From: Thermoproteus tenax Kra 1 | GTDB lineage: Archaea; Thermoproteota; Thermoprotei; Thermoproteales; Thermoproteaceae | Direction: 5' to 3' | Assembly: GCF_000253055.1 (NCBI RefSeq) | Contig: NC_016070.1 | Coordinates: 720,001 to 752,000, forward strand | DNA length: 32,000 bases | Shown: positions 8,675-16,523 of the stretch, piece by piece | How the letters are laid out: every line of letters starts with the position of its first letter | How positions within the stretch are numbered: the stretch's first letter is position 1 | Position numbers and translations under genes: made by a program | The notes under the pieces: generated by a model | Seen by the model: only the letters and a program-made list of their open reading frames with translations | What the model was told of the DNA's origin: nothing | The model's database searches: none

Positions 8675-10137
8675 ATTTTACCATAGCTGATTATTCGATA
8701 TTTTTTACAATAGTTGGATTGACAGTAGTGGCCGCGTTCTTAGGCAGTAGGTGGAGAGCTCCTGACTTCTCCAAAATAGCCGAGTGGAGTATAGGTGGCA
8801 TGAAGTTTGGAGCACTTATAGTCTGGTTTCTCATGGGAGCTGATATATACACAGCCTACTCACTAATAGCAATTCCAGGCGCCGCGTATTCACTGGGTGG
8901 GTTCATCCTATATTCTGTTGTTTACGGCTCAATATCTTATCCGTTTCTCTACATAGTTGCTACTAAGTTCTACAGAATAGCTAAGCGTAAAGGCTACATA
9001 ACCGCTGGCGACTACGTTAGGGATAGGTTTGATAGCGATGTGTTGGCGTTGCTTATATCGCTCACGGGCATCGTTTCAATGCTTCCTTACATTGCCCTCC
9101 AGATAGTTGGTATTAGGTACGTACTGGATGCTATGGGCTTTCCAACTATTCCAAGCTTCGTGATAGCTTATATAATAGTTGCTGCGTTCGTATCGCTAAG
9201 CGGCCTAAGGGGACCAGCCTTGAGCTCATTAATAAAGGATGTTGTATTGTGGGGCGTTATACTCACAGTGATCATCACATTGGGCATACGCTTTGAGGGG
9301 TTTGGCCCCATATTTGCTCAAGTCGGGCCATCCCACTACCTAATACCTAGTAAATTAATCGTGGGTTATATAACGTTGGCTCTCGCCAGCGGAATATCAT
9401 GGTTGCTCTTCCCCAACCTTCTTGTTGGATTGCTCGGCTCTAAGAGCGAGGATGTAATTAAGAAAAATTCTGTGTTTCTACCTTTTTACCAAGTGTGGTT
9501 GCTTTTCCTAGCTATAATGGGGTTGATAGCCTTAGCCAATAACCTTGTACCAAATAATATATCCAGTTTAGCATTTCCTTACGTTCTTAGTGCATACTTT
9601 CCAACTACGTTTGTTGCGATAGCCTTCGCCGGCATAGTCATAGGTAGCATGGTTCCGGCTGGTTTGCAAAGTCTCGGCGCAGCCAATCTAATCACAAGGA
9701 ATATCTATCTGGGAATCATCAATAAGAGGGCCACTGAGAAACAACAAGTATTTTGGGGTAGAGTGGCTGTGTTTATAATGATAATTGCATCGTTAATATT
9801 TGCATTGGTTCCAGCAGCTAGCGGATTAATATTCTTCTTATTGACCTTTTCATATGCCTGGCTTCTACAAACCTTACCGGCAATAATAATGTCAATGTAT
9901 TGGTATAGCTTGGACAAGTACAGCGTAACTGCTGGATGGGTCGTCGGCACCGGATTGGTTACCTATGGCTTAATAACGGTAGGATTCGCATCATCGCTAC
10001 TACCCTGGTTCTACTATATATATGTTGGCTTTCTAGGATTAGTTGTTAATTTAACGACAGTGTTAGTGGTGCATTTAATAGTAAAGATTCTTAAAGTTAA
10101 AGTAACTAGTAAATTAACACCACAAGAACTTCAATAA
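8671..10137 (+). CDS. Sodium:solute symporter (SSS) family transporter
   Basis: 488 aa, polytopic with about 12-13 hydrophobic segments. The N-terminal region, GGMKFGALIVWFLMGADIYTAYSLIAIPGAAY, matches the SSS family pattern. Substrate unknown. Confidence 0.85.
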   Translation: MNFTIADYSIFFTIVGLTVVAAFLGSRWRAPDFSKIAEWSIGGMKFGALIVWFLMGADIYTAYSLIAIPGAAYSLGGFILYSVVYGSISYPFLYIVATKFYRIAKRKGYITAGDYVRDRFDSDVLALLISLTGIVSMLPYIALQIVGIRYVLDAMGFPTIPSFVIAYIIVAAFVSLSGLRGPALSSLIKDVVLWGVILTVIITLGIRFEGFGPIFAQVGPSHYLIPSKLIVGYITLALASGISWLLFPNLLVGLLGSKSEDVIKKNSVFLPFYQVWLLFLAIMGLIALANNLVPNNISSLAFPYVLSAYFPTTFVAIAFAGIVIGSMVPAGLQSLGAANLITRNIYLGIINKRATEKQQVFWGRVAVFIMIIASLIFALVPAASGLIFFLLTFSYAWLLQTLPAIIMSMYWYSLDKYSVTAGWVVGTGLVTYGLITVGFASSLLPWFYYIYVGFLGLVVNLTTVLVVHLIVKILKVKVTSKLTPQELQ

Positions 10138-10261
10138 ATCAATTTATCTATATTTTAAATTATAAATTAAATAACTTTTATTGATCAGATTATAATTAAA
10201 ATAACAAGAATTCAAATACCCTATCTCGTGACTTTAACGCTACCTGAGAGAAGCTGTCTGC

Positions 10262-10328
10262 CGTATTAGCTCACGACAGCAGTGAAGGGATAGGCGGCTC
10301 CAGTAGAGACCACTAAGCTGCCTTGGAC
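10262..10328. repeat. Right direct repeat of the AT-rich island (the intact 3' end of the pilin-like gene)
   Basis: See feature 6911-6955. It contains the same 20-mer CGTATTAGCTCACGACAGCA and the 25-mer TAGAGACCACTAAG(C/T)TGCC(T/C)TGGAC in the same orientation, 3.3 kb from the left copy. Confidence 0.7.
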
Positions 10329-10685
10329 CGTAGTGCCCGGCGCTCCGACGACACCAGGACATCTATAGACCAGGACGGCCATAGCCCCCATTTTGACAAT
10401 GACTCTATTGCCGTTTATCGACGCTTGGCCTGACGACGAATAGGGGAAACACGGCACGTTATCGATATATACACTTATTATCTCCGCCGTAGGAGAGGGG
10501 CCCAAGTTTGAGACTATCAAGGTCAGATAACCCGAGGCGTTTAGCCTAGCCTCAGAGACAGCAACTCTGGTTCCTGACTGTGTGTATGATAGAAACGTCG
10601 TATACATGTACCAACTGAAGGCAACGGCTATAATTATCACAATTGCCAATAAAATCGCTTGTTCTATTGAGATTTGGCCATACAC
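10266..10685 (-). CDS. Type IV pilin-like protein with a class III (prepilin-type) signal peptide
   Basis: 139 aa with a GTG start. A TTAAAAATATAAATT box lies about 21-35 nt upstream. The N-terminus MYG|QISIEQAILLAIVIIIAVAFSWYMY is a short charged leader ending in Gly followed by an about 20-residue hydrophobic helix. The remainder is Ser/Thr/Gly/Val-rich and looks beta-rich. Confidence 0.55.
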   Translation of the reverse strand: MYGQISIEQAILLAIVIIIAVAFSWYMYTTFLSYTQSGTRVAVSEARLNASGYLTLIVSNLGPSPTAEIISVYIDNVPCFPYSSSGQASINGNRVIVKMGAMAVLVYRCPGVVGAPGTTVQGSLVVSTGAAYPFTAVVS

Positions 10686-10767
10686 AATTTAGTTATTATG
10701 TGAATTTATATTTTTAACTTCTTGATTTTATACTCTTGGCCTCTCTCGTTATTAGGGCTTCAGAGAG

Positions 10768-10779
10768 AAATTTTTAAAG
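10768..10779 (+). promoter_or_regulatory. BRE/TATA box (AAATTTTTAAAG) for tRNA-Trp
   Basis: The box is centred about 26 nt upstream of the first tRNA nucleotide (10801). The identical 12-mer recurs at 31826-31837. Confidence 0.55.
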
Positions 10780-10800
10780 TGGCTAGGTATAATCGATAGA

Positions 10801-10877
10801 GGGCCCGTAGCTCAGCAAGGGAGAGCGGCGGGCTCCAGACCCGTAGGTCGGGGGTTCAAATCCCTCCGGGCCCACCA
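10801..10877 (+). tRNA. tRNA-Trp (anticodon CCA), intronless, with 3' CCA encoded
   Basis: GGGCCCG TA GCTC AGCAAGGGA GAGC G GCGGG CTCCAGA CCCGT AGGTC GGGGG TTCAAAT CCCTC CGGGCCC A CCA. This is a clean cloverleaf. Confidence 0.95.
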
Positions 10878-10921
10878 GATTTTACGGCCTCTACCTCTTA
10901 ATTAACTACGAGAGTTCAGAC

Positions 10922-11818
10922 GTGGAGATAGTCCCAATAGCCGAGGAAAGCCTCGGAGTTAGGTCTATGGCGTTGTTCGTAAGGACAAGCGATGTGGGCA
11001 TACTGTTCGACGCAGGCATATCCCTAGCCCCTCGTAGAGACGGCCTTCCGCCGCATCCTCTGGAGCTAGGCCGAGTCGCTGAGCTGAGGAGGGCTATGTT
11101 AGATCTGGCTCCACAGGCAGACGTGATCACAGTATCCCACTATCACCGCGATCACTTTACGCCGTGGTACGCCAGCGCGTACATGGGGACAGACGAGGGG
11201 ACCTTCAGAGCAATATATAGCGGAAAGCTCATCTTGGCAAAATCGCCGCAAGGTCTCAACTGGAGCCAGAGGAGGCGCCACTACGGTTTCGCGAAGGCTG
11301 TGGGAGACATTGCTAGAGTAGAATATGCCGATGGAAAGGCGTATGAGTTCGGGGGGACGAAGATATATGTGTCGACGCCTTTACCGCATGGACCGGAGGG
11401 CTCTGCCGCCGGCTTCGTTATAGCGTTCTCTGTTGAGGTCGCCGACGAAAAGCTTTTGTTTATGCCCGATGTACAAGGGCCGGCCAACGAGAAGGCGCTG
11501 AGCTTTGCCAGAGAGGTTAGGCCAGACATTGTAATAGTGGGGGGTCCTCCGCTATATCTCAAAAGCGTCGACTCCACAATTGGCCTGAGAGGCCTCAAGA
11601 AGCTCTCACAAACGCCGGGACTTCAGCTATTGGTGGTCGCCCATCACACGCTAAGAGAATTGAACTGGAAACGCATCCTATCGCCCATCCTCGAGTTGGC
11701 GGCCAAGCGAGGGATCGAGGTAAAGACTTATGCAGAGCTGTTGGGGCGCGAGGTAGATCTACTTGAGGCTCGGCGGAGGGAGCTATATCGGGAGACTCCA
11801 GTAGGCGAGAGAAAATGA
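10922..11818 (+). CDS. UPF0282 family protein (metallo-beta-lactamase fold)
   Basis: 298 aa with a GTG start. The N-terminus IVPIAEESLGVRSMALFVRTSDVGILFDAGISLAPRRDGLPPHPLE matches the conserved UPF0282 start as I remember it. SHYHRDH is an MBL-like His motif. Confidence 0.75.
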   Translation: MEIVPIAEESLGVRSMALFVRTSDVGILFDAGISLAPRRDGLPPHPLELGRVAELRRAMLDLAPQADVITVSHYHRDHFTPWYASAYMGTDEGTFRAIYSGKLILAKSPQGLNWSQRRRHYGFAKAVGDIARVEYADGKAYEFGGTKIYVSTPLPHGPEGSAAGFVIAFSVEVADEKLLFMPDVQGPANEKALSFAREVRPDIVIVGGPPLYLKSVDSTIGLRGLKKLSQTPGLQLLVVAHHTLRELNWKRILSPILELAAKRGIEVKTYAELLGREVDLLEARRRELYRETPVGERK

Positions 11819-12771
11819 GGAGGCAGACGCTGAACCTCGTCAAAGTAATCACAGAGCTGCTGACTATTGGCGCCCTCGGAGCTCTATTGTACGTCTCAGT
11901 GGATCTAACGGCGGAGAAAATCGCATCAGTGCCCTCCTATGTTTTCGTCCTAATCAAGGCGATTATATTAATAGGCGGAGGAATCGCCGGCGTTAAGGCG
12001 TTAGGCGACTATCTAATAAGAGCGTTGGAGCCCAAGATAGGCGATAGAGCCTATGCGGTAGGCAATACATTCAAGATACTGGGCTATATAGTCGCAATAG
12101 TGGTCGGCTTCTACAAGATCGGAGCAACAAGTCAGATCGCATTGCTCGGCGGCACTATCGCCGGGATTGTCTTGGGCTTGGCCCTACAGCCGGTTCTGAG
12201 CAATCTGTTCGCAGGTCTCCTAATAATTGCGACGAACTTCGTAAGAGTCGGCGACATTGTGCGAGTCATAAACTGGCAAGTGCCCTATCAGTGGGCCTTT
12301 AGTCCCTCCTATAAGTTCTTCTCACCGGACTACGTAGTCCCCGCCTTTAAAGGGAAGGTAGTCGAGGTCAACCTCTTTTATACGGTGTTAGTCACCGACG
12401 TAGGTAGAGAGCTGAAGGTGCCCAACTCCATAATGTTAGGAGGGGCCATAATCGACGAGTCCTCGCCTCAGTGGTCGCAGAGCCTCACGGTCAACGTCCG
12501 AGTGGAGCTCCCCCTCTCGGTAGTCGATTTAAGCTCCCTTGAGGACGTCATTAAGGCGAGACTCGAAGGGCTCAACGTTGTGGGGATATATCTGAACGAA
12601 CAGAGCGATAAAGACTATGTAATTATCCTGGTCAGACTGAATATTCCGCGCGACCAAGACTGGCGCAAGGTTAAGTCGGAGGCGCTCAGAAGGCTCCTCC
12701 AACTACGCAACGAGCTGATAAGCTCCAACGAGGCGAGGTATTTGTGTCTAACTAAGGGCGTGTGCAAGTAG
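11815..12771 (+). CDS. Small-conductance mechanosensitive channel (MscS family)
   Basis: 318 aa. The ATG overlaps the previous stop (ATGA). There are three N-terminal TM helices, then the pore-helix/beta-domain signature LQPVLSNLFAGLLIIATNFVRVGDIVRV. Confidence 0.8.
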   Translation: MRRQTLNLVKVITELLTIGALGALLYVSVDLTAEKIASVPSYVFVLIKAIILIGGGIAGVKALGDYLIRALEPKIGDRAYAVGNTFKILGYIVAIVVGFYKIGATSQIALLGGTIAGIVLGLALQPVLSNLFAGLLIIATNFVRVGDIVRVINWQVPYQWAFSPSYKFFSPDYVVPAFKGKVVEVNLFYTVLVTDVGRELKVPNSIMLGGAIIDESSPQWSQSLTVNVRVELPLSVVDLSSLEDVIKARLEGLNVVGIYLNEQSDKDYVIILVRLNIPRDQDWRKVKSEALRRLLQLRNELISSNEARYLCLTKGVCK

Positions 12772-12910
12772 CGTTTGTCTCTGGGCCATCGACAACACTC
12801 ACTCGCCGACGTCATGCCCAGGGACTTTATTCCTGCCTTCCTCAACAGTCAGGCTGCCTAAGGCTGAGGGTCGTTGGGCGACAACGCGCACGTATAAGCT
12901 TTTCCGAACG

Positions 12911-13169
12911 GCTCTTACAATCGAAAGTCTCGCCCTATAGGGCGGGGAGATTTGAGCATATAACTTTCATGGCAGAGCAGTGAAGAGGGCGGAGGAAGGC
13001 CTAAATAGCAGTACGCGCCATAAGACGGGGCGGGCCAACCTACTCGTAAGATGGCTTCGGCGGGAGGACGCCACAATGCCCGCCCCAGTTAACCCCGAGG
13101 AGGGGCAGCGGGCGAGGCCCCAACGGTGGAGGCCCAGCATGAGTGGGGAGGAGGTCATATAATCTCCAC
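12911..13169 (+). repeat. GC-rich non-coding paralogous element, copy A (putative structured ncRNA or non-autonomous repeat)
   Basis: It aligns with copies B (reverse-complemented) and C. Its parts in order are the palindrome CGCCCTATAGGGCG (12931-12944), CATATAA (12956-12962), TTTCATGGCAGAG..GTGAAGAGGGCGGAG, a GC-rich body, and the end CATGAGTGGGGAGGAGGTCAT followed by the hairpin GTGGGGAG...CTCCAC. Indels relative to B/C break every reading frame. Confidence 0.5.
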
Positions 13170-13311
13170 AAAATATCACTAAACGATAAAATTTCCAACG
13201 ATAAAAGGAAACAGCCTCTCCGCGGCCCTTTTCGCGGGCTATAGCGCGAGCTTTCAAATGGGCCGAACTGAGGTCCACCTCAGCTACGTCCCCTCGTCCC
13301 AGAGGAGACCC

Positions 13312-14496
13312 CTATCTATAGGCAACCAGTGCTTCCCCAATCCTTCTTATACCCTCAATCAGTCTCTCGGTCTTTTCAGCGACGAAGGAGATGCGCACGG
13401 CAGCTTTATAAACTTCACTGAAATAATTGCCCGGCACTAAGGCGACGCTGTATTCCTGCAACAGCTTCTGCGCAAACGCCTCGCCGTCATCAATATAGCT
13501 AGATAAATCTACAAATATAAACATGGAACCTTGCGGTACTTTGAACTTTCCCTCGGGGACGTAGCGCTTCAACGCATCTACGGCTGCATCTCTACGGGCC
13601 CTATATGCGGCTATAAAATCTTTTACATATTTCATTCTAATATCTGAACGTAAATATATTGCAACCATCTTTTGGGCAAACGACGGCGGGCAATACACCA
13701 TCTCCTCATTGACCAACTTTATTCTTGATACGGCCTCCTTTGGGCCATATACATAGCCTAGCCGCCATCCAGGTATCGCAGGATCTTTTGAAAAAGTATT
13801 AATAGAAATTACATTTTCTGGAGCGAGCTTATATAAGTATACATGTTCACCTTCATATATCATTGTCTTATATGCTTCGTCTGTGATCAGCCAGATATCG
13901 TTGTCAATGGCTAAGTCCGCTATAGCCTTCGCCGAGTCTGGAGATATCAGTCTGCCGGTGGGGTTATCAGGAGACACTATTATCACGGCCTTAGTCTTGG
14001 GGGACACAAGCTCTTTCAACCTCTCTACGCTTGGCTGATAACCTTCCTCTAAGGAGGTCCTCAATCTAACTACGCGCGCTCCGAAGTATTCCAACAGAGG
14101 TTTATAGCCAAAGTATGTCGGATCAAAGAGTATTACCTCATCGCCAGGCTCCAAGATGGATGCAAGAGTTGAGAACATCGCGGCTTGTCCGCCGGCGGTG
14201 ACCACTATATGGTCTGGGCTCACGTCCAGCCCGCCCAGCCGCCTCAGATCCTCTGAGATGGCCTCCCTTAGCTCGTAGATCCCCTGGCTTGGAGTATACC
14301 CGTATAGCTCCATGCTCTCCTCTTGGAGCAACTCGGCCATCTTTTGTCTTACCTCTAGCGGTGGAGGTATACTCGGTTGGCCCGCCGACAATATTATTAC
14401 GTCTTTCCCCTCCCTTTTCAGTCTCTCCCTCAATGCGTCAATCTTTCTCGTAGGACTCTCCCTCAGATAGGCGAGTCTCTTCGAGAAGTCTCGCAC
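13312..14496 (-). CDS. Class I/II pyridoxal-phosphate aminotransferase (aspartate aminotransferase-like)
   Basis: 394 aa with a GTG start. A TTTATAATATT box lies about 20-30 nt upstream. It has the PLP-lysine motif FSKDPAIPGWRLGY plus the SPDNPTG and TDEAY blocks. Confidence 0.9.
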   Translation of the reverse strand: MRDFSKRLAYLRESPTRKIDALRERLKREGKDVIILSAGQPSIPPPLEVRQKMAELLQEESMELYGYTPSQGIYELREAISEDLRRLGGLDVSPDHIVVTAGGQAAMFSTLASILEPGDEVILFDPTYFGYKPLLEYFGARVVRLRTSLEEGYQPSVERLKELVSPKTKAVIIVSPDNPTGRLISPDSAKAIADLAIDNDIWLITDEAYKTMIYEGEHVYLYKLAPENVISINTFSKDPAIPGWRLGYVYGPKEAVSRIKLVNEEMVYCPPSFAQKMVAIYLRSDIRMKYVKDFIAAYRARRDAAVDALKRYVPEGKFKVPQGSMFIFVDLSSYIDDGEAFAQKLLQEYSVALVPGNYFSEVYKAAVRISFVAEKTERLIEGIRRIGEALVAYR

Positions 14497-14575
14497 AGCG
14501 TTAGGACTTTGTAATATTATAAATAATTATATGTATATTCTACAATTGTGGGGGAAGAAGTTGGGCAATTCTTAC

Positions 14576-16048
14576 CTAGCCTCCCTCGGCCTTTCTAAAT
14601 ATCGGTACGCCGGCCTCTGAATAGCTTATCTCCCACTCCTCCAGAGTTCTTTTGTCCACTATGTGGATTCGAGCTCCGTTGAGGTCTATATGGTACGGCC
14701 CAATCTCCTCGACGGTCTGACCTATTATATGTAGCGCCAGTGCCGTAGACGCAGCTACTATGGCGCCGCGAAGGGGCGGCACCAACTTGGAGGCATCGCC
14801 GGCGGGCTCGCCTCTTATGTTCTTCAACATATTTATAAATTCGGCTAACGCCTCGGCCGACCCGAGGAGCTCCAGCGCTCTCACGGCCCACTTAATCGCT
14901 ATGCCCGCCTCAAGACCGAGCCGTGCGAAAAACCACGCATCGCTTATGTTGGCCGCCAGCTTTGCCCTCTCCATCTCCAATATCTTCAGTAGCTCGTTGG
15001 GCGAAACGCTTGGGGCCGTCTCTTCTGCGAACACCTCAGGCCTCTTTCCGAGGAGAACCTCAATGTACCTCTTCAATATCTGCCACACGTCAAGACCCCT
15101 ATTCGAGCCCCAAGCATCGAAAGATCTATCGATTATCTCATTAAGCCAACTTATGGCGTTGCGCAGAGGCTCCCTCCAAGGCGCCGGGCCGTCGCATCCA
15201 CAATCCCTTGTCCAACGTCCCAACCCGTGGGGGCAGCTCCAAGACGTGCCAGGGATTACCTCGACATCTCCCAGAGGCGGTTTTTCGGCCATTAAACCCA
15301 GATTGACAAACTTAGAGCCATATTTAGCCACAACCTCGGCTAAGACGCGCTCCTCGCCGCGTTTGTGGTGGCCGAAAGTCTCGCCGTCTAACGCTATTAA
15401 GGTCAACGAATCTTGTGGCGCCGACTCAACGGCTCTCTGGAGTTCCCCCTTCTCTCCAAAGGCCACTCTGTCCGACAGCGCCTCATCTCTTACGAATACC
15501 TTTATCTCTCTGCCCGAGGGTAGAACCACTCTATAGGGGCCTCCAGCTCTCCTGCCCTTGATCTGTCTCTGAGTTAATATAGTGAATTTTATGTCGTACT
15601 CGGCCAGCACCTCCAGCGTCTCTATGTCGACGGCCATCTCGGGCAGCCACATCCCCTCCGGATATCTACCGAAATGTCTTTCGAAGTGTTTTATCCCCCA
15701 CCACACTAAGACCTCTTTGTTGCGGCGATCCAACAACGGGAGGATCACGTGGTAGTAGGGATGAGCCACCGCGTTGCCGTGACCCCACCTCTCCCGCCCC
15801 ACCTCGTCTGCCTCAATTATAGCGCTATAGACGTGGGGCCTCCTCCGTCTAAGCCAGTCGAGTAGGGTTGGGCCGAAATCGAAGCTGATCCAAGTGTAGT
15901 TGCCCAACAGCGCGTTGGGCTCATAGCACTCATGTGTTATCCTCTCGTTCCAATGTCTGAAGGGCGCCGCGGAGGGCTCAGGTAATATATCCTCAAACCA
16001 AGGATCCTCCCTGGGAGGCTGATAAAAGTGGCCATGTATGACGATCAC
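14576..16048 (-). CDS. Glycoside hydrolase family 57 protein (alpha-glucan-active enzyme)
   Basis: 490 aa with a GTG start. GH57 signatures are present: HGHFYQPPRE at the N-terminus, GMWLPEMAV (nucleophile Glu region) and LDGETFGHH (acid/base Asp region). Confidence 0.85.
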   Translation of the reverse strand: MIVIHGHFYQPPREDPWFEDILPEPSAAPFRHWNERITHECYEPNALLGNYTWISFDFGPTLLDWLRRRRPHVYSAIIEADEVGRERWGHGNAVAHPYYHVILPLLDRRNKEVLVWWGIKHFERHFGRYPEGMWLPEMAVDIETLEVLAEYDIKFTILTQRQIKGRRAGGPYRVVLPSGREIKVFVRDEALSDRVAFGEKGELQRAVESAPQDSLTLIALDGETFGHHKRGEERVLAEVVAKYGSKFVNLGLMAEKPPLGDVEVIPGTSWSCPHGLGRWTRDCGCDGPAPWREPLRNAISWLNEIIDRSFDAWGSNRGLDVWQILKRYIEVLLGKRPEVFAEETAPSVSPNELLKILEMERAKLAANISDAWFFARLGLEAGIAIKWAVRALELLGSAEALAEFINMLKNIRGEPAGDASKLVPPLRGAIVAASTALALHIIGQTVEEIGPYHIDLNGARIHIVDKRTLEEWEISYSEAGVPIFRKAEGG

Positions 16049-16077
16049 GCACTCGTGCGATAGCTAATAATAAAAAG

Positions 16078-16356
<279 letters not shown>

Positions 16357-16374
16357 ATCCTTCTCACTGAGAAG

Positions 16375-16387
16375 AAAAATTTTAAAT
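16375..16387 (+). promoter_or_regulatory. BRE/TATA box (AAAAATTTTAAAT) for tRNA-Glu
   Basis: The box is centred about 27 nt upstream of tRNA nucleotide 1 (16409). It is preceded by the inverted repeat TTCTCAcTGAGAA. Confidence 0.5.
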
Positions 16388-16408
16388 CGAGCGACCCATA
16401 CGGCTCAA

Positions 16409-16500
16409 GCCCCGGTCGTCTAGCCAGGTCAAAGGGTGCGCCCGGCTAGGGATATGGGCCTTTCGAGCCCAGGACCCGGGTTCAAATCCCGGCCGGGGCA
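16409..16500 (+). tRNA. tRNA-Glu (anticodon TTC) with an approximately 17-19-nt non-canonical intron between the D-loop and the anticodon stem
   Basis: GCCCCGG TC GTCT AGCCAGGTCA... [about AAGGGTGCGCCCGGCTA] ...GGGATA TGGGC CTTTCGA GCCCA GGAC CCGGG TTCAAAT CCCGG CCGGGGC A. The acceptor, anticodon and T arms are perfect. The gene is 92 nt, against about 74 nt for a canonical tRNA. The intron segment CCGGCTA can pair with the D-loop TAGCC(A)GG. Exact splice sites are not determined. Confidence 0.8.
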
Positions 16501-16523
16501 CGTTCTAAAGCATTGTCCAATGG

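Noticed and set aside
6956-10261. Search for an integrase, transposase or tRNA attachment site within or next to the AT-rich island
   Set aside because: None was found. All island ORFs of 60 aa or more are accounted for (M20, DUF3311-like, SSS), and the remaining ORFs are antisense shadows. The island is therefore not called a mobile_element feature.
12985-13062. RNase P RNA-like strings in copy A: GGAGGAAGGCC (CR-I-like, with an AAG-bulge-CC/GGCTT P4-like pairing) and GTAAGATGGCTTCGG (CR-V-like)
   Set aside because: The two strings are only about 50 nt apart, with about 110 nt of RNA following. This does not fit RNase P topology, where CR-V lies near the 3' end. The strings are not conserved in copies B and C, and three RNase P genes in 10 kb is implausible. 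It is left as something for cmsearch (RNaseP-T model) to settle.
12967-13278. ORFs inside GC-rich element A (12967-13278 minus, 103 aa; 12980-13162 plus, 60 aa; also 12762-12983 plus)
   Set aside because: The homologous ORFs in copies B and C are read in different frames because of 10-nt and 1-nt indels. The composition is R/G/P/A/S-rich, as expected for stop-poor GC-rich DNA. No motif was recognised.
14760-15536. 258-aa plus-strand ORF antisense to the GH57 gene
   Set aside because: It is a shadow ORF with S/L/P/A-rich low-complexity composition. The opposite strand carries unambiguous GH57 motifs.
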